From positions 128,001 through 192,000 of the forward strand of contig CAVQUB010000020.1 of assembly GCA_963716725.1 (NCBI GenBank): 64,000 nt of DNA, given 5' to 3'. The stretch is from an uncultured delta proteobacterium. Lineage in GTDB: Bacteria; Myxococcota_A; Polyangia; Polyangiales; Polyangiaceae. The translations under genes were made by a program, and so were the position numbers. This document shows, piece after piece, positions 12,504 to 23,106 of the stretch (positions are counted from its first letter, which is position 1; the number at the start of each line of letters is the position of its first letter). The notes below the pieces were generated by a model. That model saw nothing but the letters and a program-made list of their open reading frames with translations, did not search any database and was not told where the DNA came from.

Positions 12504-12970
12504 TCAGCTGTGGCTCTCGAGCTGACCGAATCTCGCGCGCAATCGGCGGTGACGCCAGCGAAAGAGCGCGCTGACAATGCCACGTGTCAACGCCTCCGGC
12601 GCAAATCGAGGCTCTACCCGCAAACGGTCGCGGACGCGTGTCCCCCGGGAACCGCCTCGACCCAGCGCTCGTGCTCCCACACGCGCTGCAGGGTCGAGCG
12701 CGAGCGCTCGAGAAAGTGGCCGCGGCTGGCCTCGACCAGCCGAAGCTGGTGACGATCGAAAGGCAGTACGCGAAACGCGAGCAAGATCGAGGCGAAGAGT
12801 GGCTCGCCCGGCGGCGCGTCCTCGAGCGAACGCCGCCGAGCCTCGGGCGGCGCAGCCATGGCAACCCAAGGCGCCAGCTCTCGGTTCACGCCTTCCAAAG
12901 TGGACACCTCCGCCCAGACGTCGCTCTCGGGCGCGGACAGTAGAGACTCGAAATCGAGGTCGATGGTCAT
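12504..12970 (-). CDS. SRPBCC-like hypothetical protein (frameshift near 12645)
   Basis: VWAEVSTLEGVNRELAPW...FLERSRS...WEHER, then GTRVRDRL...LFRWRHRRLRARF in the next frame. Confidence 0.7.
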
Positions 12971-12990
12971 TGAATGTCGTCCCTCTCAGA

Positions 12991-15216
12991 TCAGAAAAAC
13001 GCCTCCACTCCGATGCTCGGGATGGTGACCGGCCCGATCTCCTGGGCGCGGCACTTGCCCGTCTCGTCGCAGTTCAGGTCCACAGGCTCTTTGCTGAGAG
13101 TTGCGTTCAGCACCTCGACGACGAAGGCCCAGTAGCCGCTCTCGCCGAGGCGCCAACGCTTCTCGAGGCGCAGATCCACGCGGTAGAAATCCGGGACGCG
13201 CTTCGGGCTCTTGGATCGGACCTCGGTCGAGGTGGCCTCCTCGGCTGGAAATCCCGAGTAGTAGACCAGTCGCGATCCGGCACGCCAGCGGCGACCGAGG
13301 TCGTAGGCGAGCGCCAGGTTCAGGACGTGCGTGCGGTCGAAGGCCGCGGGGAAGTGCTCGCGACCGAAGCTTCGAGTCGAACGGCTCAGAGTGTACGCGA
13401 AGTAGCCGCCGAGGCGCTGGGTCAGCGGGCGACGCAGCATGACTTCCGCACCCACGGCCGAACCCAAGCTGCGCCGATCGAGGTCGTCATCGTCACCACC
13501 ACCGCCAAGGCGATCCGTCATGTCGAAGAAGACGTTCTGGAACAGCGTGAGCGAGCCGGTGAAGTCTTCGGGCAGATCGTACTCGACGCCTGCGCTAGAC
13601 TGGAGGCTCCGCTGCAAGCCTCCGCGCAGTCCTGCCAGCTGAAACCCCGGCACCGGCACCACGAACGAGGGCGGCTGGTGCGCGATGCCAAAGGCGTGGA
13701 TAGTGCGGAGCTTGGGCGTGATCTCGAATCGGGCCGAGATCCGCGGGTCGATTCCGAGGCGCGACGCGCCGTCCGAGGAATACAGATCGAGCCGCAGGCC
13801 GGGAGTCACGCTGATTCCCCGCGCGACCTCCAGCGCGAGCTCGCCGTGGACCCCCATCGCCAGATCGGTCCGCTCGGGAAAGAGTCGCTCGAAGTCCTCT
13901 TGGTCGTCGGCGTCCTCGGCGAAGTTCGGGGTGTGAACGTCGTAGTGGTCCAGCGCCACGTCCGCCCCGACGCGCAGCGCTACGTCCCGGCTGGGGCGAT
14001 GGCGCACCTCGCTGCGGAGCGCCAGCATCCGGTCGCGCATGTAGAAATCCTCATCACCCCCGCGCGTGAGGTCGTAGCCTGCCGTGAGCGCCATGCGTAC
14101 GTCCGTGTCGCGGGTGGCGCGCCGATCCCAGCGCAAGTCCACACGATGAAACTCGGTCCCGAGCAATGTCTCGACCCGGCCCTCTCGCTTCTCACCGAGG
14201 AAGTCGTACGCGCCAAAGGAGAAGAGCGTAACCGTGTCACGGGCGCTGACGTCGTGGCTGACGCGCAGCTGGTAGTCCCAATATTCGAGCACCGCCTCCG
14301 GTGAGAGCAGCGAGAGCAAGAGCCCCGTGTAGGAGTATCGACCGCCGGCCAGGGCCGTACCGCGTCCGCCGTCAAAGGGCGCTTCCATCAGGGCGCCGGC
14401 GTCGATCAAGCGCAGGTTCGCCTCGCCGTGCAGCTCGGGTCGAGGTGGGGTCGTTTCACCCGCGACGATGCCGCCGGCGAAGCGCCCGAAGCGCGCCGGG
14501 TAGCCGCCCGGGTACAGGTCCACACGCTCGATGATGCCGGGATGGACGACCGACGGGCCCAAGCCGACGTGGTAGAGCAGCGGGACTCGGATGCCGTCGA
14601 GAAAGTAGCCGACGTTGCCGGGCGGAGCTCCGCGCACGAAGAAGAAGGGCACGCCGCTGATGATGGGCGTGACGCCGGGCAGCGCCTCGATCGCCCGGAA
14701 TGGATCTCCGAAGCTGCCCGGCAGCTCGCGCACCTCGGCGCGGGTGAAGCTACGCACAGTCGGCGCGAGCTTGTCTCCGTGCACGACGACCTCTATCTGC
14801 TCGCTCGCCCGGGATGCCGGCGGCTTCGGCGCGCTGGCCGCCGGAGGCGTATCGGTCGGCGGCTGAGACGAAGGCGGCTCGGTGAACCGGAGCTCGAAGC
14901 GGATCCGCGAGGCGACCGCCCTTCCCCCGCGCTTGGCCGGATCGAAAGTCCAACGGTAGGCGCTTCGCGCTGCCGCTTCCGCGAACGGGGGTTCACCGCT
15001 GACCACGGTCACGTCGCGGACTGCGCCGTCGAGACCGATCACGAGTTCGAGGACGACGCGGGCGTCGCCCTTGCCCCCGACCGGGTAGGCCACGCTGGTA
15101 TCGCCCATCGCCCGCGGGCGATCGACGTCCTGTTGTGCCCGCGCCGCGGGCGCGATTGCCCACACCGCAATCGCGACTGACAACGCCCAGATCAGCCGGG
15201 CGTCGGCTGATCGCAA
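12991..15216 (-). CDS. TonB-dependent receptor with N-terminal TonB-C-like domain
   Basis: Signal peptide; VVLELVIGLDGAV...WTFDPA; plug ELPGSFGDPFRAIEALPGV, FVRGA, LYPGGYPARFG; barrel ending GVEAFF. Start codon uncertain. Confidence 0.9.
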   Translation of the reverse strand: MRSADARLIWALSVAIAVWAIAPAARAQQDVDRPRAMGDTSVAYPVGGKGDARVVLELVIGLDGAVRDVTVVSGEPPFAEAAARSAYRWTFDPAKRGGRAVASRIRFELRFTEPPSSQPPTDTPPAASAPKPPASRASEQIEVVVHGDKLAPTVRSFTRAEVRELPGSFGDPFRAIEALPGVTPIISGVPFFFVRGAPPGNVGYFLDGIRVPLLYHVGLGPSVVHPGIIERVDLYPGGYPARFGRFAGGIVAGETTPPRPELHGEANLRLIDAGALMEAPFDGGRGTALAGGRYSYTGLLLSLLSPEAVLEYWDYQLRVSHDVSARDTVTLFSFGAYDFLGEKREGRVETLLGTEFHRVDLRWDRRATRDTDVRMALTAGYDLTRGGDEDFYMRDRMLALRSEVRHRPSRDVALRVGADVALDHYDVHTPNFAEDADDQEDFERLFPERTDLAMGVHGELALEVARGISVTPGLRLDLYSSDGASRLGIDPRISARFEITPKLRTIHAFGIAHQPPSFVVPVPGFQLAGLRGGLQRSLQSSAGVEYDLPEDFTGSLTLFQNVFFDMTDRLGGGGDDDDLDRRSLGSAVGAEVMLRRPLTQRLGGYFAYTLSRSTRSFGREHFPAAFDRTHVLNLALAYDLGRRWRAGSRLVYYSGFPAEEATSTEVRSKSPKRVPDFYRVDLRLEKRWRLGESGYWAFVVEVLNATLSKEPVDLNCDETGKCRAQEIGPVTIPSIGVEAFF

Positions 15217-15655
15217 CCGAACACGACGTCCACGTCTTTCACCTGCTGGGCCTTGAGCTTGTCGCAATCAGTTCCGTAGAACGTAATCTGATTGGTCGTC
15301 GAGTCGTAGTCCCTACCACTCTGATGGGTCTTGTCTCGCGGCAGCTTGGCGTTGTCGAAGAATACGAAGACTTTGCTCGGATCCTTCGGGGTCTTGTTCA
15401 GGGAGAACGAGCAGCTCGCGATGCTGCCTGCGATCTTGCTCAGGGCTGCCGAGAGGCTGGTCGCGTCGTTGGCCTGGTAGTACTTGGTCGTCGGGTCGTT
15501 GTTGGGCACGCCGCCCGCAACGGCAAACTTGTTCATCTGCACGGGATCAATGCCCGATCCGAAGCCGATGACGAAGGTCGAGACCCCGTTGGTGTTCATC
15601 TGCTTGATGATCGTCTCAGTGCCCGCATCGCCACCAGCAGCGTTGCAGCCCGCGA
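15192..15655 (-). pseudogene. 5'-truncated vWA-domain (CglB-like) protein remnant
   Basis: TFVIGFG...MNKFAVAGG...YYQA...IASCSFSL...VVFGC; signal peptide and MIDAS DxSxS absent; upstream gene ends at 15711. Confidence 0.7.
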
Positions 15656-15710
15656 CCCTGGCTGCATCGTATCGGGAACGAAAGCGCCGCGCACGCGGGA
15701 AGTGTCGGGT

Positions 15711-16571
15711 TCATTCCAGCGTCACTGGGTCTTTGCAGCACCGGAACCCGATCTCGTAGAATCGGAAGGCGTTGCCGTGATTCACGACCGCGTTCTGGCA
15801 GGTGCGCGCCTCGGCCCAATAGCGCCCCTTGAGCGATCCCGTGAAGTCCTTGCCCGAGCCACCATCACGCCGGCGCGTCCACTCCTCGACGTTGCCGCAG
15901 AGATCGAAGACGCCGTCTGGACCCGCGCAGCCGCCGTTCGATCCGTTCGGCTCGGCTTGGTAGAGCATCTCCACGTGATCTGCCGCCACCTTGGCGGAGG
16001 CCGAGACCGCCCGAGTGGCCTCGAGTAGCTGCGCGAGTGACTCGACGTTCGGCTTCGAGACCGTCCACGGCCAACCGTTGAGCTTGCTCTGATCGTAGAG
16101 CTTCCAGGTCTCGTCGTCGTTGCAGATCCCGGCCACGTGTTGATCACCGTAGGGGTAGGTCGTGCCCGTCGGTCCTTCGCAGCTTCGAGTCCACTCGTCG
16201 TCGAAGCACAGACGTTTGCCGCGGGCCTGACACCAGGCCTCGCTCTCGTCGAAGGTGAACATCACGAGGGGGAGAGCGCCGACCTGATTGGGCGCCTCGT
16301 AGCGATCGATGCACGCGGCTTCGACCAACAGCATGTCCGCGGAGCAGGCAGCGGGCGGCTCCACGTCGGGTGCCGACTCGGGCGCGTCGATGGCGTCGGC
16401 GGCGTCCATATCGACCCCGACATCTCCGGCGTCGGTTGCTGCGCTTCCCCCAAGCCCGCCGCTACCGGGCGACGCCCCGGACTCGTCGTCGTCGCCGGAG
16501 CTGCACGACCCCAGCGCGAAGATCGCCGCCAACGTCGCCAACGCCGCTCCGAGCCTCATGTCTCGCATCAT
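15711..16571 (-). CDS. SUMF1/FGE-sulfatase-fold lipoprotein
   Basis: Lipobox FALGSC; CIDRYE, CQARGKRLC, EWTRSCEG, YPYG, VFDLCGNVEEW, GFRCC. Confidence 0.85.
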   Translation of the reverse strand: MMRDMRLGAALATLAAIFALGSCSSGDDDESGASPGSGGLGGSAATDAGDVGVDMDAADAIDAPESAPDVEPPAACSADMLLVEAACIDRYEAPNQVGALPLVMFTFDESEAWCQARGKRLCFDDEWTRSCEGPTGTTYPYGDQHVAGICNDDETWKLYDQSKLNGWPWTVSKPNVESLAQLLEATRAVSASAKVAADHVEMLYQAEPNGSNGGCAGPDGVFDLCGNVEEWTRRRDGGSGKDFTGSLKGRYWAEARTCQNAVVNHGNAFRFYEIGFRCCKDPVTLE

Positions 16572-16614
16572 GGACCGACTTCGGCTCGCTCGCTCGCCGG
16601 GTTGCGCGCGGCGC

Positions 16615-17511
16615 TCAGTCCTCGGGCGGCGCCTCGGGCTCGATGGGCGACAGCGGGGAAGACGCGAGGAGTTGCGCCTCTTGGCCCCGCAGCCGACCCG
16701 TGACGCCGACCTCGACGCGCAGCGCGAGCTCCGAAGGCCTGGGGGGTAACGCCACGAGGGGCAGCGGCACCACCAGTCGTTCACCGGGTTTCAGCGCGTG
16801 CCGGCCGGAGGGCAGCTTCTTTCTGGCGATCAGGCGGGCGACGTCATCGGGGGAGAGGAAGCGCTCGTCCGCGAGGCGCCCCCCTCGCTCGAATACCACC
16901 CGCACCGTGAGCGTACCGTTGGGCGCCTTGGGCTCGAAGATGGAAAGCTCCAGAGGCTCGACCCCACGGTGTGACAGCGTCAGGTCCACGGCCACGTTCG
17001 GCCCATCGACTTGCGCGCTCGAGACGACCTTCAGGGCCGCGAGCGGACGCTGCCTCGCGGCCTCGACCAGACCGTCGAGCAGCAAACGCAGCGAGTTCGC
17101 GCCTTCGTCCTTTGCCAGGAGCGAAACCTCGGCGCGCCTCGTGCCGTGCGCCAGACGGAGGTGGCCCGAGCCGCCCGCGGTGAACCCCGGCTCATCCGAA
17201 CGATCGAGCAGCGCGAAGTCTCGGATCACGTTCTCGATCTGGCCCTGGTCACTGGGCTTCGGGCGCACAGCGAAGAAGCCGACCGGAGCGTAAGGCTCGT
17301 TGCGCCGCGCTCTGCGGAGCACGAGCCGCGCCAGGCCCTTGTCCCCGAGCGTGAACTCGAAGCTCTCGGGGGGTCGTTCGGCCTCCACTCCGTACTGGAT
17401 CGCCAGGGCCCGAGCGGGCGCGACGGTCCGCGCCGGACGACCGCCGCAACTCGTCAGCCCGATCGCCAGGGCGGCGAGAGCGAAGCGCGCTCGAAGGTGA
17501 ACTCTTCTCAC
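16615..17511 (-). CDS. Hypothetical lipoprotein
   Basis: GTG overlapping the upstream stop; ALAALAIGLTSC lipobox; ~298 aa. Confidence 0.65.
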   Translation of the reverse strand: MRRVHLRARFALAALAIGLTSCGGRPARTVAPARALAIQYGVEAERPPESFEFTLGDKGLARLVLRRARRNEPYAPVGFFAVRPKPSDQGQIENVIRDFALLDRSDEPGFTAGGSGHLRLAHGTRRAEVSLLAKDEGANSLRLLLDGLVEAARQRPLAALKVVSSAQVDGPNVAVDLTLSHRGVEPLELSIFEPKAPNGTLTVRVVFERGGRLADERFLSPDDVARLIARKKLPSGRHALKPGERLVVPLPLVALPPRPSELALRVEVGVTGRLRGQEAQLLASSPLSPIEPEAPPED

Positions 17512-18587
17512 CCCGAACCCGCGCCGACACGACCGCTGACGCTGGCGCTCGCCTGAACGCTGACGTTGATGCGCACCGACGCCTGGGCGGAGGCGTGGGC
17601 CGCGGCCGCGACGCACGCGACGGCCTGCGCGCCAGCATTGCCGATGATTTTCGGCAGGCGTCCACCGACATCGACGACCACCTTCACGTCGCCCAGGACC
17701 CGCTTGCCGAGGCCGATCTCGGCCTGGAGCAGGTAGGGCAGGTTGGCCCGGAGCGTCGCCGCCAGGCGCATGGCCGCGTCCACGTTCTGCCCGACGTTGA
17801 CGTTCACCTGGCCCGGGGTGCACTGAGCCCGGAGGCTCGCCCGAGCGCTGCAGCTCGCCTGACACTCCCCCGACGCGCTCGGGCCCTGCACGTAGCCTTC
17901 GCATTTCGGCGCCTGCCACTGGCCTTGGCACTTTGCGTGGCAGGTGGCGTCGCAACTGCCGGTGCAAGTGCCGTTGCACACTCCGGTGCAGCGTCCTTGT
18001 GCGTCCACTGCACTGCACTGCCCGTTGCAAGTTCCATTGCAACGTCCTTCGCAGCGTCCTTCGCAGGTGCCCTGGCAGTAGCCGGAGAGGCGTGCGGGTT
18101 CGCACTGCGCGACTATCTGGCCAGGATCGACCTGCACGTTGCACTGCCCATCGCACTGCGCCTTGGCTTGAAAGTCCGCCTGGCACTGGGGTGGCTGGGC
18201 CTGGACCTGGATCTGAATGCCCTGCTTCAGGATCCAGTCTATCTGCGCGGCCAGGGCGCCGCACGCCGCCTGGGCGGAGGCACCCGGGTCGTCGTTCTTG
18301 GCGTTCATGGCGGTGTCCGGGATACCCAGGTCGCGGCCCATGTTCCTGCAGGCGGTCGTGGCCAGCGCTTCCATCTGGACGGACGCCTGCATCAAGTCCT
18401 TTGTCGCGGAGACGAAGGCCCTCACCTCGGCATTGGCCTTGGCGTTGGCCGAGAAGCTCATCTGCATCGGATCGCCCGATCCGAGGGCCGGGCACGCCGC
18501 TCCGCCGAGGGCGCCGAACTTGCCGTCCATGCAGCTCATCGACACGACCATCAGGAACACAGCGAAGAGCACGTGGGCGAAGCGCAT
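17508..18587 (-). CDS. Cys-rich secreted/lipoprotein with CxGxC repeats and helical flanks
   Basis: GGAGG RBS; MRFAHVLFAVFLMVVSMSC; CQGTCEGRCEGRCNGTCNGQC array. Confidence 0.8.
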   Translation of the reverse strand: MRFAHVLFAVFLMVVSMSCMDGKFGALGGAACPALGSGDPMQMSFSANAKANAEVRAFVSATKDLMQASVQMEALATTACRNMGRDLGIPDTAMNAKNDDPGASAQAACGALAAQIDWILKQGIQIQVQAQPPQCQADFQAKAQCDGQCNVQVDPGQIVAQCEPARLSGYCQGTCEGRCEGRCNGTCNGQCSAVDAQGRCTGVCNGTCTGSCDATCHAKCQGQWQAPKCEGYVQGPSASGECQASCSARASLRAQCTPGQVNVNVGQNVDAAMRLAATLRANLPYLLQAEIGLGKRVLGDVKVVVDVGGRLPKIIGNAGAQAVACVAAAAHASAQASVRINVSVQASASVSGRVGAGSG

Positions 18588-18677
18588 GACGACCTCCGAG
18601 CGGAGCCTTGCCGGACCGCCGCTTCGACGCAAGTCCCCTGGAGCGCAGGGCTTGCGCTACTCTGCTCCGAAGCGTCG

Positions 18678-19478
18678 ATGCCGCACCAGAAACCTTATCT
18701 CGACAGCGCACTCCCGCTCTGCTTCGCGCACCGGGGAGGCGCCGCGCTCTGGCCGGAGAACACGCTCCTGGCGCTCCGCGGCGCCGTCGAGCTCGGCGTG
18801 AGCTACCTCGAGACCGACGTTCACCTGACCCGCGACGGGCACTTGGTCGTGTTCCACGACCACCGACTCGAGCGCACCACCGACGGCTACGGCTTCATCC
18901 GCGACTTCTCCCTCAGTGAGCTGCAGGAGCTCGACGCTGGCTTTCGCTTTTCGCCCGACGGCAAGACCCGGCCGTGGCGCGGCAAGGGGCTACGCATCCC
19001 GCTCTTGTCGGAGGTATTCGAGATCGCGCCACACGTCCGGCTCAACGTCGAGATGAAGCAGAGCAAGGTGGGGTTGCCGCGGGCGCTCTGGCGCTTCATC
19101 GAAGAGCACGGAGTGCACGACCGCATCTTGGTCGCGGCGGCCGAGGCCGGACTCGCGCGGGAGTTTCGCATGTTCTCCCGGGGTCGGGTCGCCACCAGCG
19201 CGTCGGCCCTTGAGGTGATCGAGTTCTGGTCAGCGGCGCGGGTGGGGCTCGGCCGCGTCGTTCCCCTGCACTACGACGCGCTTCAGGTACCCCCGAGCTA
19301 CCACGGGCTCGAGGTCGTCACGGAACGCTTCGTGCGCACCGCGCACGCGCGCGGCCTGCAGGTCCACGTGTGGACCATCGACGAACCCGCGGAAATGCGC
19401 CGCCTCCTCGCGCTGGGCGTGGACGGTCTGATGAGCGATCGGCCCGATCGATTGCTGGAGGTGATGCAAGAGCCATGA
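18678..19478 (+). CDS. Glycerophosphodiester phosphodiesterase
   Basis: FAHRGG...PENTL, LETDVHLTRDG...HD, VHVWTIDE, GVDGLMSDRP. Confidence 0.92.
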   Translation: MPHQKPYLDSALPLCFAHRGGAALWPENTLLALRGAVELGVSYLETDVHLTRDGHLVVFHDHRLERTTDGYGFIRDFSLSELQELDAGFRFSPDGKTRPWRGKGLRIPLLSEVFEIAPHVRLNVEMKQSKVGLPRALWRFIEEHGVHDRILVAAAEAGLAREFRMFSRGRVATSASALEVIEFWSAARVGLGRVVPLHYDALQVPPSYHGLEVVTERFVRTAHARGLQVHVWTIDEPAEMRRLLALGVDGLMSDRPDRLLEVMQEP

Positions 19479-19873
19479 ACCCTGCCCCACCGCCGCCTCA
19501 CGCGCCGCCGCCACCGCCCACCGGACCGGTGGGTGGCTACGGACTCGCGCTACCGCCGGGCGTGAGCGCCGAGAGCGCCTATCAGAAGCCCGGCGGCGCT
19601 GGCTCCGAGCCGCTTGGGCTCGTGGGGCTGATCCTCGGCCTGCTCAGCCTGCCGCTCTACCTGTGCTGCGGTGGGCTCTCAATCGTGCTGAACCTCGTCG
19701 GGCTCGGGCTCGGGGTCGCGGCCCTCGCTCGCGGACGGAGCGCGGAGCGCCAGGGCAGTCGCGCCGTCGCGATGGCGGCCGTGATCGTCAACGGCCTGCT
19801 CCTGCTGCTGAGCGTGGTCGCGATGCTGTTCTTCTTTGGCATGATGGGCTTCGGGATCCTGAGCGGTCCCTGA
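19475..19873 (+). CDS. DUF4190-like membrane protein
   Basis: Pro-rich N-terminus followed by 2-3 TM helices (LILGLLSLPLYLCCG); ATGA overlap with GDPD. Confidence 0.7.
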   Translation: MNPAPPPPHAPPPPPTGPVGGYGLALPPGVSAESAYQKPGGAGSEPLGLVGLILGLLSLPLYLCCGGLSIVLNLVGLGLGVAALARGRSAERQGSRAVAMAAVIVNGLLLLLSVVAMLFFFGMMGFGILSGP

Positions 19874-19891
19874 AGCGCGCTGCGGAAGCGC

Positions 19892-20269
19892 CTACTCCCC
19901 GCTGTCGGGCGCCGGCTGCGACAGGCACACCTGCGGTCCATCGTCACCCGCGTCTGGCGGCGGTGGCGACAGGCACACCTGCGGCCCGTCGTCGCCGGCG
20001 TCCGGCGGTGGCCTCGACAAACACGGCTGCGGCCCGGCGTCGGTTCCCGCGGTGCCGCCACTGCTCACGCCACCCGATCCGGCAGCGCCACCGCTCGCTC
20101 CACCGGAGCCGCCGCCCGAGACGGCCGCAGTGCCACCGCTGCCGCCGCCGTCAGTGTCTCCGCCGCAACCGGTGACCGAGGCGGCAGCAACTCCGGCGCT
20201 CGCAAGGGCCATTGCGACGAAGCGGGCGCGTCGCGCCATGATGAGTCGTTTGGCGTCTCCGTCCGACAT
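19892..20269 (-). CDS. Small Gly-rich lipoprotein with three PQxCLS repeats
   Basis: ARRARFVAMALA...VTGC signal; Gly linker; DAGPQPCLSRPPP, DAGDDGPQVCLSPPPP, DAGDDGPQVCLSQPAP. Confidence 0.75.
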   Translation of the reverse strand: MSDGDAKRLIMARRARFVAMALASAGVAAASVTGCGGDTDGGGSGGTAAVSGGGSGGASGGAAGSGGVSSGGTAGTDAGPQPCLSRPPPDAGDDGPQVCLSPPPPDAGDDGPQVCLSQPAPDSGE

Positions 20270-20305
20270 GACGCTGATGATGCGTCACGCAAACGCGGCT
20301 GTCAC

Positions 20306-21019
20306 TCAGTGTTTCTCCGTGAACACGCGGTCGGCGGGAACGCCCAGTTCGGTGGTCAGCAGCGCCACGCACTCCACCACCATCTCGCCGACGCCGCACA
20401 CGTAGACGCGCGAGCCCGAGAGCGGAGCGACCAGCTCCGCTAGGTGGCTCTGTACCCATCCGGTACGCCCCGACCAGCCGTTCTGGGGGCGACTCACGCA
20501 CGGCTCGTAGCGCAAGCGAGGGTGCTTGACACACAGCTGCTCGAGTTCGGCCCGCCACAAGAGCTCCGGCTCGGTGCGGGCGCCGGCCAACAACAAGATC
20601 GGCGAGTCCCCCCCCCTCGGCAGCGCGCGGTGCAGCATCGCGCGGATGGGCGCCAGCCCCGTCCCGGTGGCGACGAACACCTCCGGCGCACCATCCGGCT
20701 CTCGGCGCACGAAGCTGCCCTGCGGACCCATGACGTCGACGGCTCCGCCAATCACCACGTCGTCGAGGGCTCCCCCGCCCGCGACGGCGAGCTCGAATTG
20801 CCCCGAGGGCGCAAAGTCGGGAGCGCTGGCGATGGACAGCGGCATGCGCTTGTCGTCTCCGGCGGGCCCGACCTCGACGTACTGACCCGGAACCCAGTCG
20901 AGGGGTTCGGGGCCGAGGGTGGCGAGCGTGAGCCCACGCACGCGCGGCGACAACATCGTCTGTGCCACGAGCTCGGCTCGAACTCGACGGGGCGCGGGAA
21001 GTCCATGAAGCGCCTGCAT
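20306..21019 (-). CDS. FAD/NAD(P)-binding oxidoreductase (ferredoxin-NADP reductase family)
   Basis: PGQYV, LSIASAP, GPQGSF, ATGTGLAP, VYVCG, VFTEKH. Confidence 0.88.
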   Translation of the reverse strand: MQALHGLPAPRRVRAELVAQTMLSPRVRGLTLATLGPEPLDWVPGQYVEVGPAGDDKRMPLSIASAPDFAPSGQFELAVAGGGALDDVVIGGAVDVMGPQGSFVRREPDGAPEVFVATGTGLAPIRAMLHRALPRGGDSPILLLAGARTEPELLWRAELEQLCVKHPRLRYEPCVSRPQNGWSGRTGWVQSHLAELVAPLSGSRVYVCGVGEMVVECVALLTTELGVPADRVFTEKH

Positions 21020-21074
21020 AGTCCAAGGCACCTGCCGATCGCAACGGTTGGCATTGTGTTAGCCTGCGCCGCGC

Positions 21075-23058
21075 ATGCGGCCGATTACGAAGCTCTTGAT
21101 CGCGAACCGCGGCGAGATCGCCCTGCGCATCCAGTGGACGGCTCGAGCCATGGGCATCGGGACAGTCGCCGTCTTCTCGGACGCCGACCCCACGCCCCTT
21201 CGTGCGAGCCGCCGACGAGGCCGTGCGCATCGGGCCACCGCCCAGCGCCGAGAGCTACCTCCGCGTCGATCGCATCATCGACGCCGCGAGGCGCACCGGC
21301 GCCGACGCGGTCCACCCCGGCTTCGGCTTTCTCGCCGAGAACGCGGAGTTCGCGCGCGCCTGCGCGGACGCGGGCTTGATCTTCGTCGGACCCAGCCCCG
21401 AGGCCATCGCGAGCATGGGCTCCAAGAAGGCCGCAAAACGCCTGGTCGCCGCTGCCGGAGTGCCGGTCGTGCCCGGCGCCGAGCCCGACGATCAGTCCGC
21501 CGAGTCCATCGACCGAACACGCGCTGCGCCGTGGGCTTTCCGCTGCTTGCTCAAGGCCAGCGCGGGCGGCGGCGGCAAGGGCATGCGGGTGGTGAGGCGC
21601 GCTGAGGACTTGCTCTCCGCCATCGAAGGCGCCAAGCGCGAGGCCAGGAGCGCCTTCGGTGACGACACCCTGCTGGTAGAGAGGTACATCGAGCGACCGC
21701 GTCACGTCGAAATCCAGATCCTGGGCGATCGTCACGGCAACCTGCTGCACTTGTTCGAACGCGAGTGCTCGATCCAGCGCCGCCACCAGAAGATCGTCGA
21801 AGAATCGCCATCGCCAGCCCTGGACCCGGATCTCCGCGCCAAGATGGGCGCGGCAGCGGTGACCGTGGGCAAGGCCGTCGGCTACGAGAACGCCGGCACC
21901 GTCGAGTTCATCCTGGCCCAAGACGGCGCTTTCTACTTCCTGGAGGTCAACACGCGGCTTCAGGTCGAGCACCCGGTGACCGAGTGCGTGACGGGCATCG
22001 ACATCGTGCGCGAGCAGATCCTGATCGCGCAGGGTCAGCCGCTGACGTTCCAGCAGGAAGACCTGCGCCAGAACGGTCACGCGGTCGAGTGTCGCCTGTA
22101 CGCCGAGGACGCCGACAATCACTTCTTGCCGACCACCGGCAAACTCGTGGACTGGTTCGTGCCCGAGATGCCGGGACTGCGCGTGGACTCGGGCGTCGAA
22201 CAGGGCTCCGAGGTCGGCATCCACTACGATCCGATGCTGGCCAAGGTGATCACGCACGCGCCCAGCCGAGGCGAGGCCATCCAAAAGATGATCGGTGCGC
22301 TCTCGCGCCTGAGCGCCGAAGGCCTGGTCACGAACCGTGAGTTCCTGCTGCGCGTGCTGTCGCACCCCGAGTTCCGCGCGGGCGCTACCCACACTCACTT
22401 CATCGACGAGCACCTCGCGGAGCGGCCCGAGGATCCGAAGCGCGCCGAGCGCGAGCGCTGGGCGGCCGTCGCAGCGACTCTGGCGGGCCGCGACCACCGA
22501 AGGCGCGATGGCCGGATTTTGCCGGGCCTCGAGCCTGGATTCCGCAACAACCCCAACCGCCGCGAGTGGGTAGAGTACCGCCTGGCGGATCGCCACGTCC
22601 GCGTCGAATACGCGGGACTCGGGTCGGGCAAACTCGCGATGAGCGTCGACGGCAGCGAGCACGTGGTGCGTGACGTGAGCGCCGAAGAGCGACAGGTGAG
22701 CTTCGAAGACGAGGCCGGCGCACGTCGGGCGTTCCGGGTCAGTCGCCGCGCCGATCACTGGTTCGTACACGCGGTCGGCGGGTCGTTCACCTTGGTCGAG
22801 CTCCCGCGCTTCCCCGAGAAGCAGACCAGCGTCGCGCCCGGCTCTTGCGTCGCGCCGATGCCCGGCAAGGTGGTCAAGGTCGTCGCGCTCGAAGGAACCG
22901 CGGTCGCGGCCGGCGACGTGCTGGTGGTGCTCGAAGCCATGAAGATGGAGCACTCGGTCAGGGCGCCGGAGGCAGGGGTCGTGAAGCAACTCCTGGTCTC
23001 CGAGGGGGAACAGGTCGAGGCCGATGCGGTGTTGGCCATCGTCGGTGCCGCCGAGTGA
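21075..23058 (+). CDS. Biotin carboxylase/biotin-carrier (acyl-CoA carboxylase alpha subunit); frameshift near 21200
   Basis: [62 protein letters not shown] biotin site. Confidence 0.93.
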
Positions 23059-23106
23059 AGCGCTGGCGGAGGCTCGTGGTGCCGCTGGCGCTGCCCTTGC
23101 TGTGAG

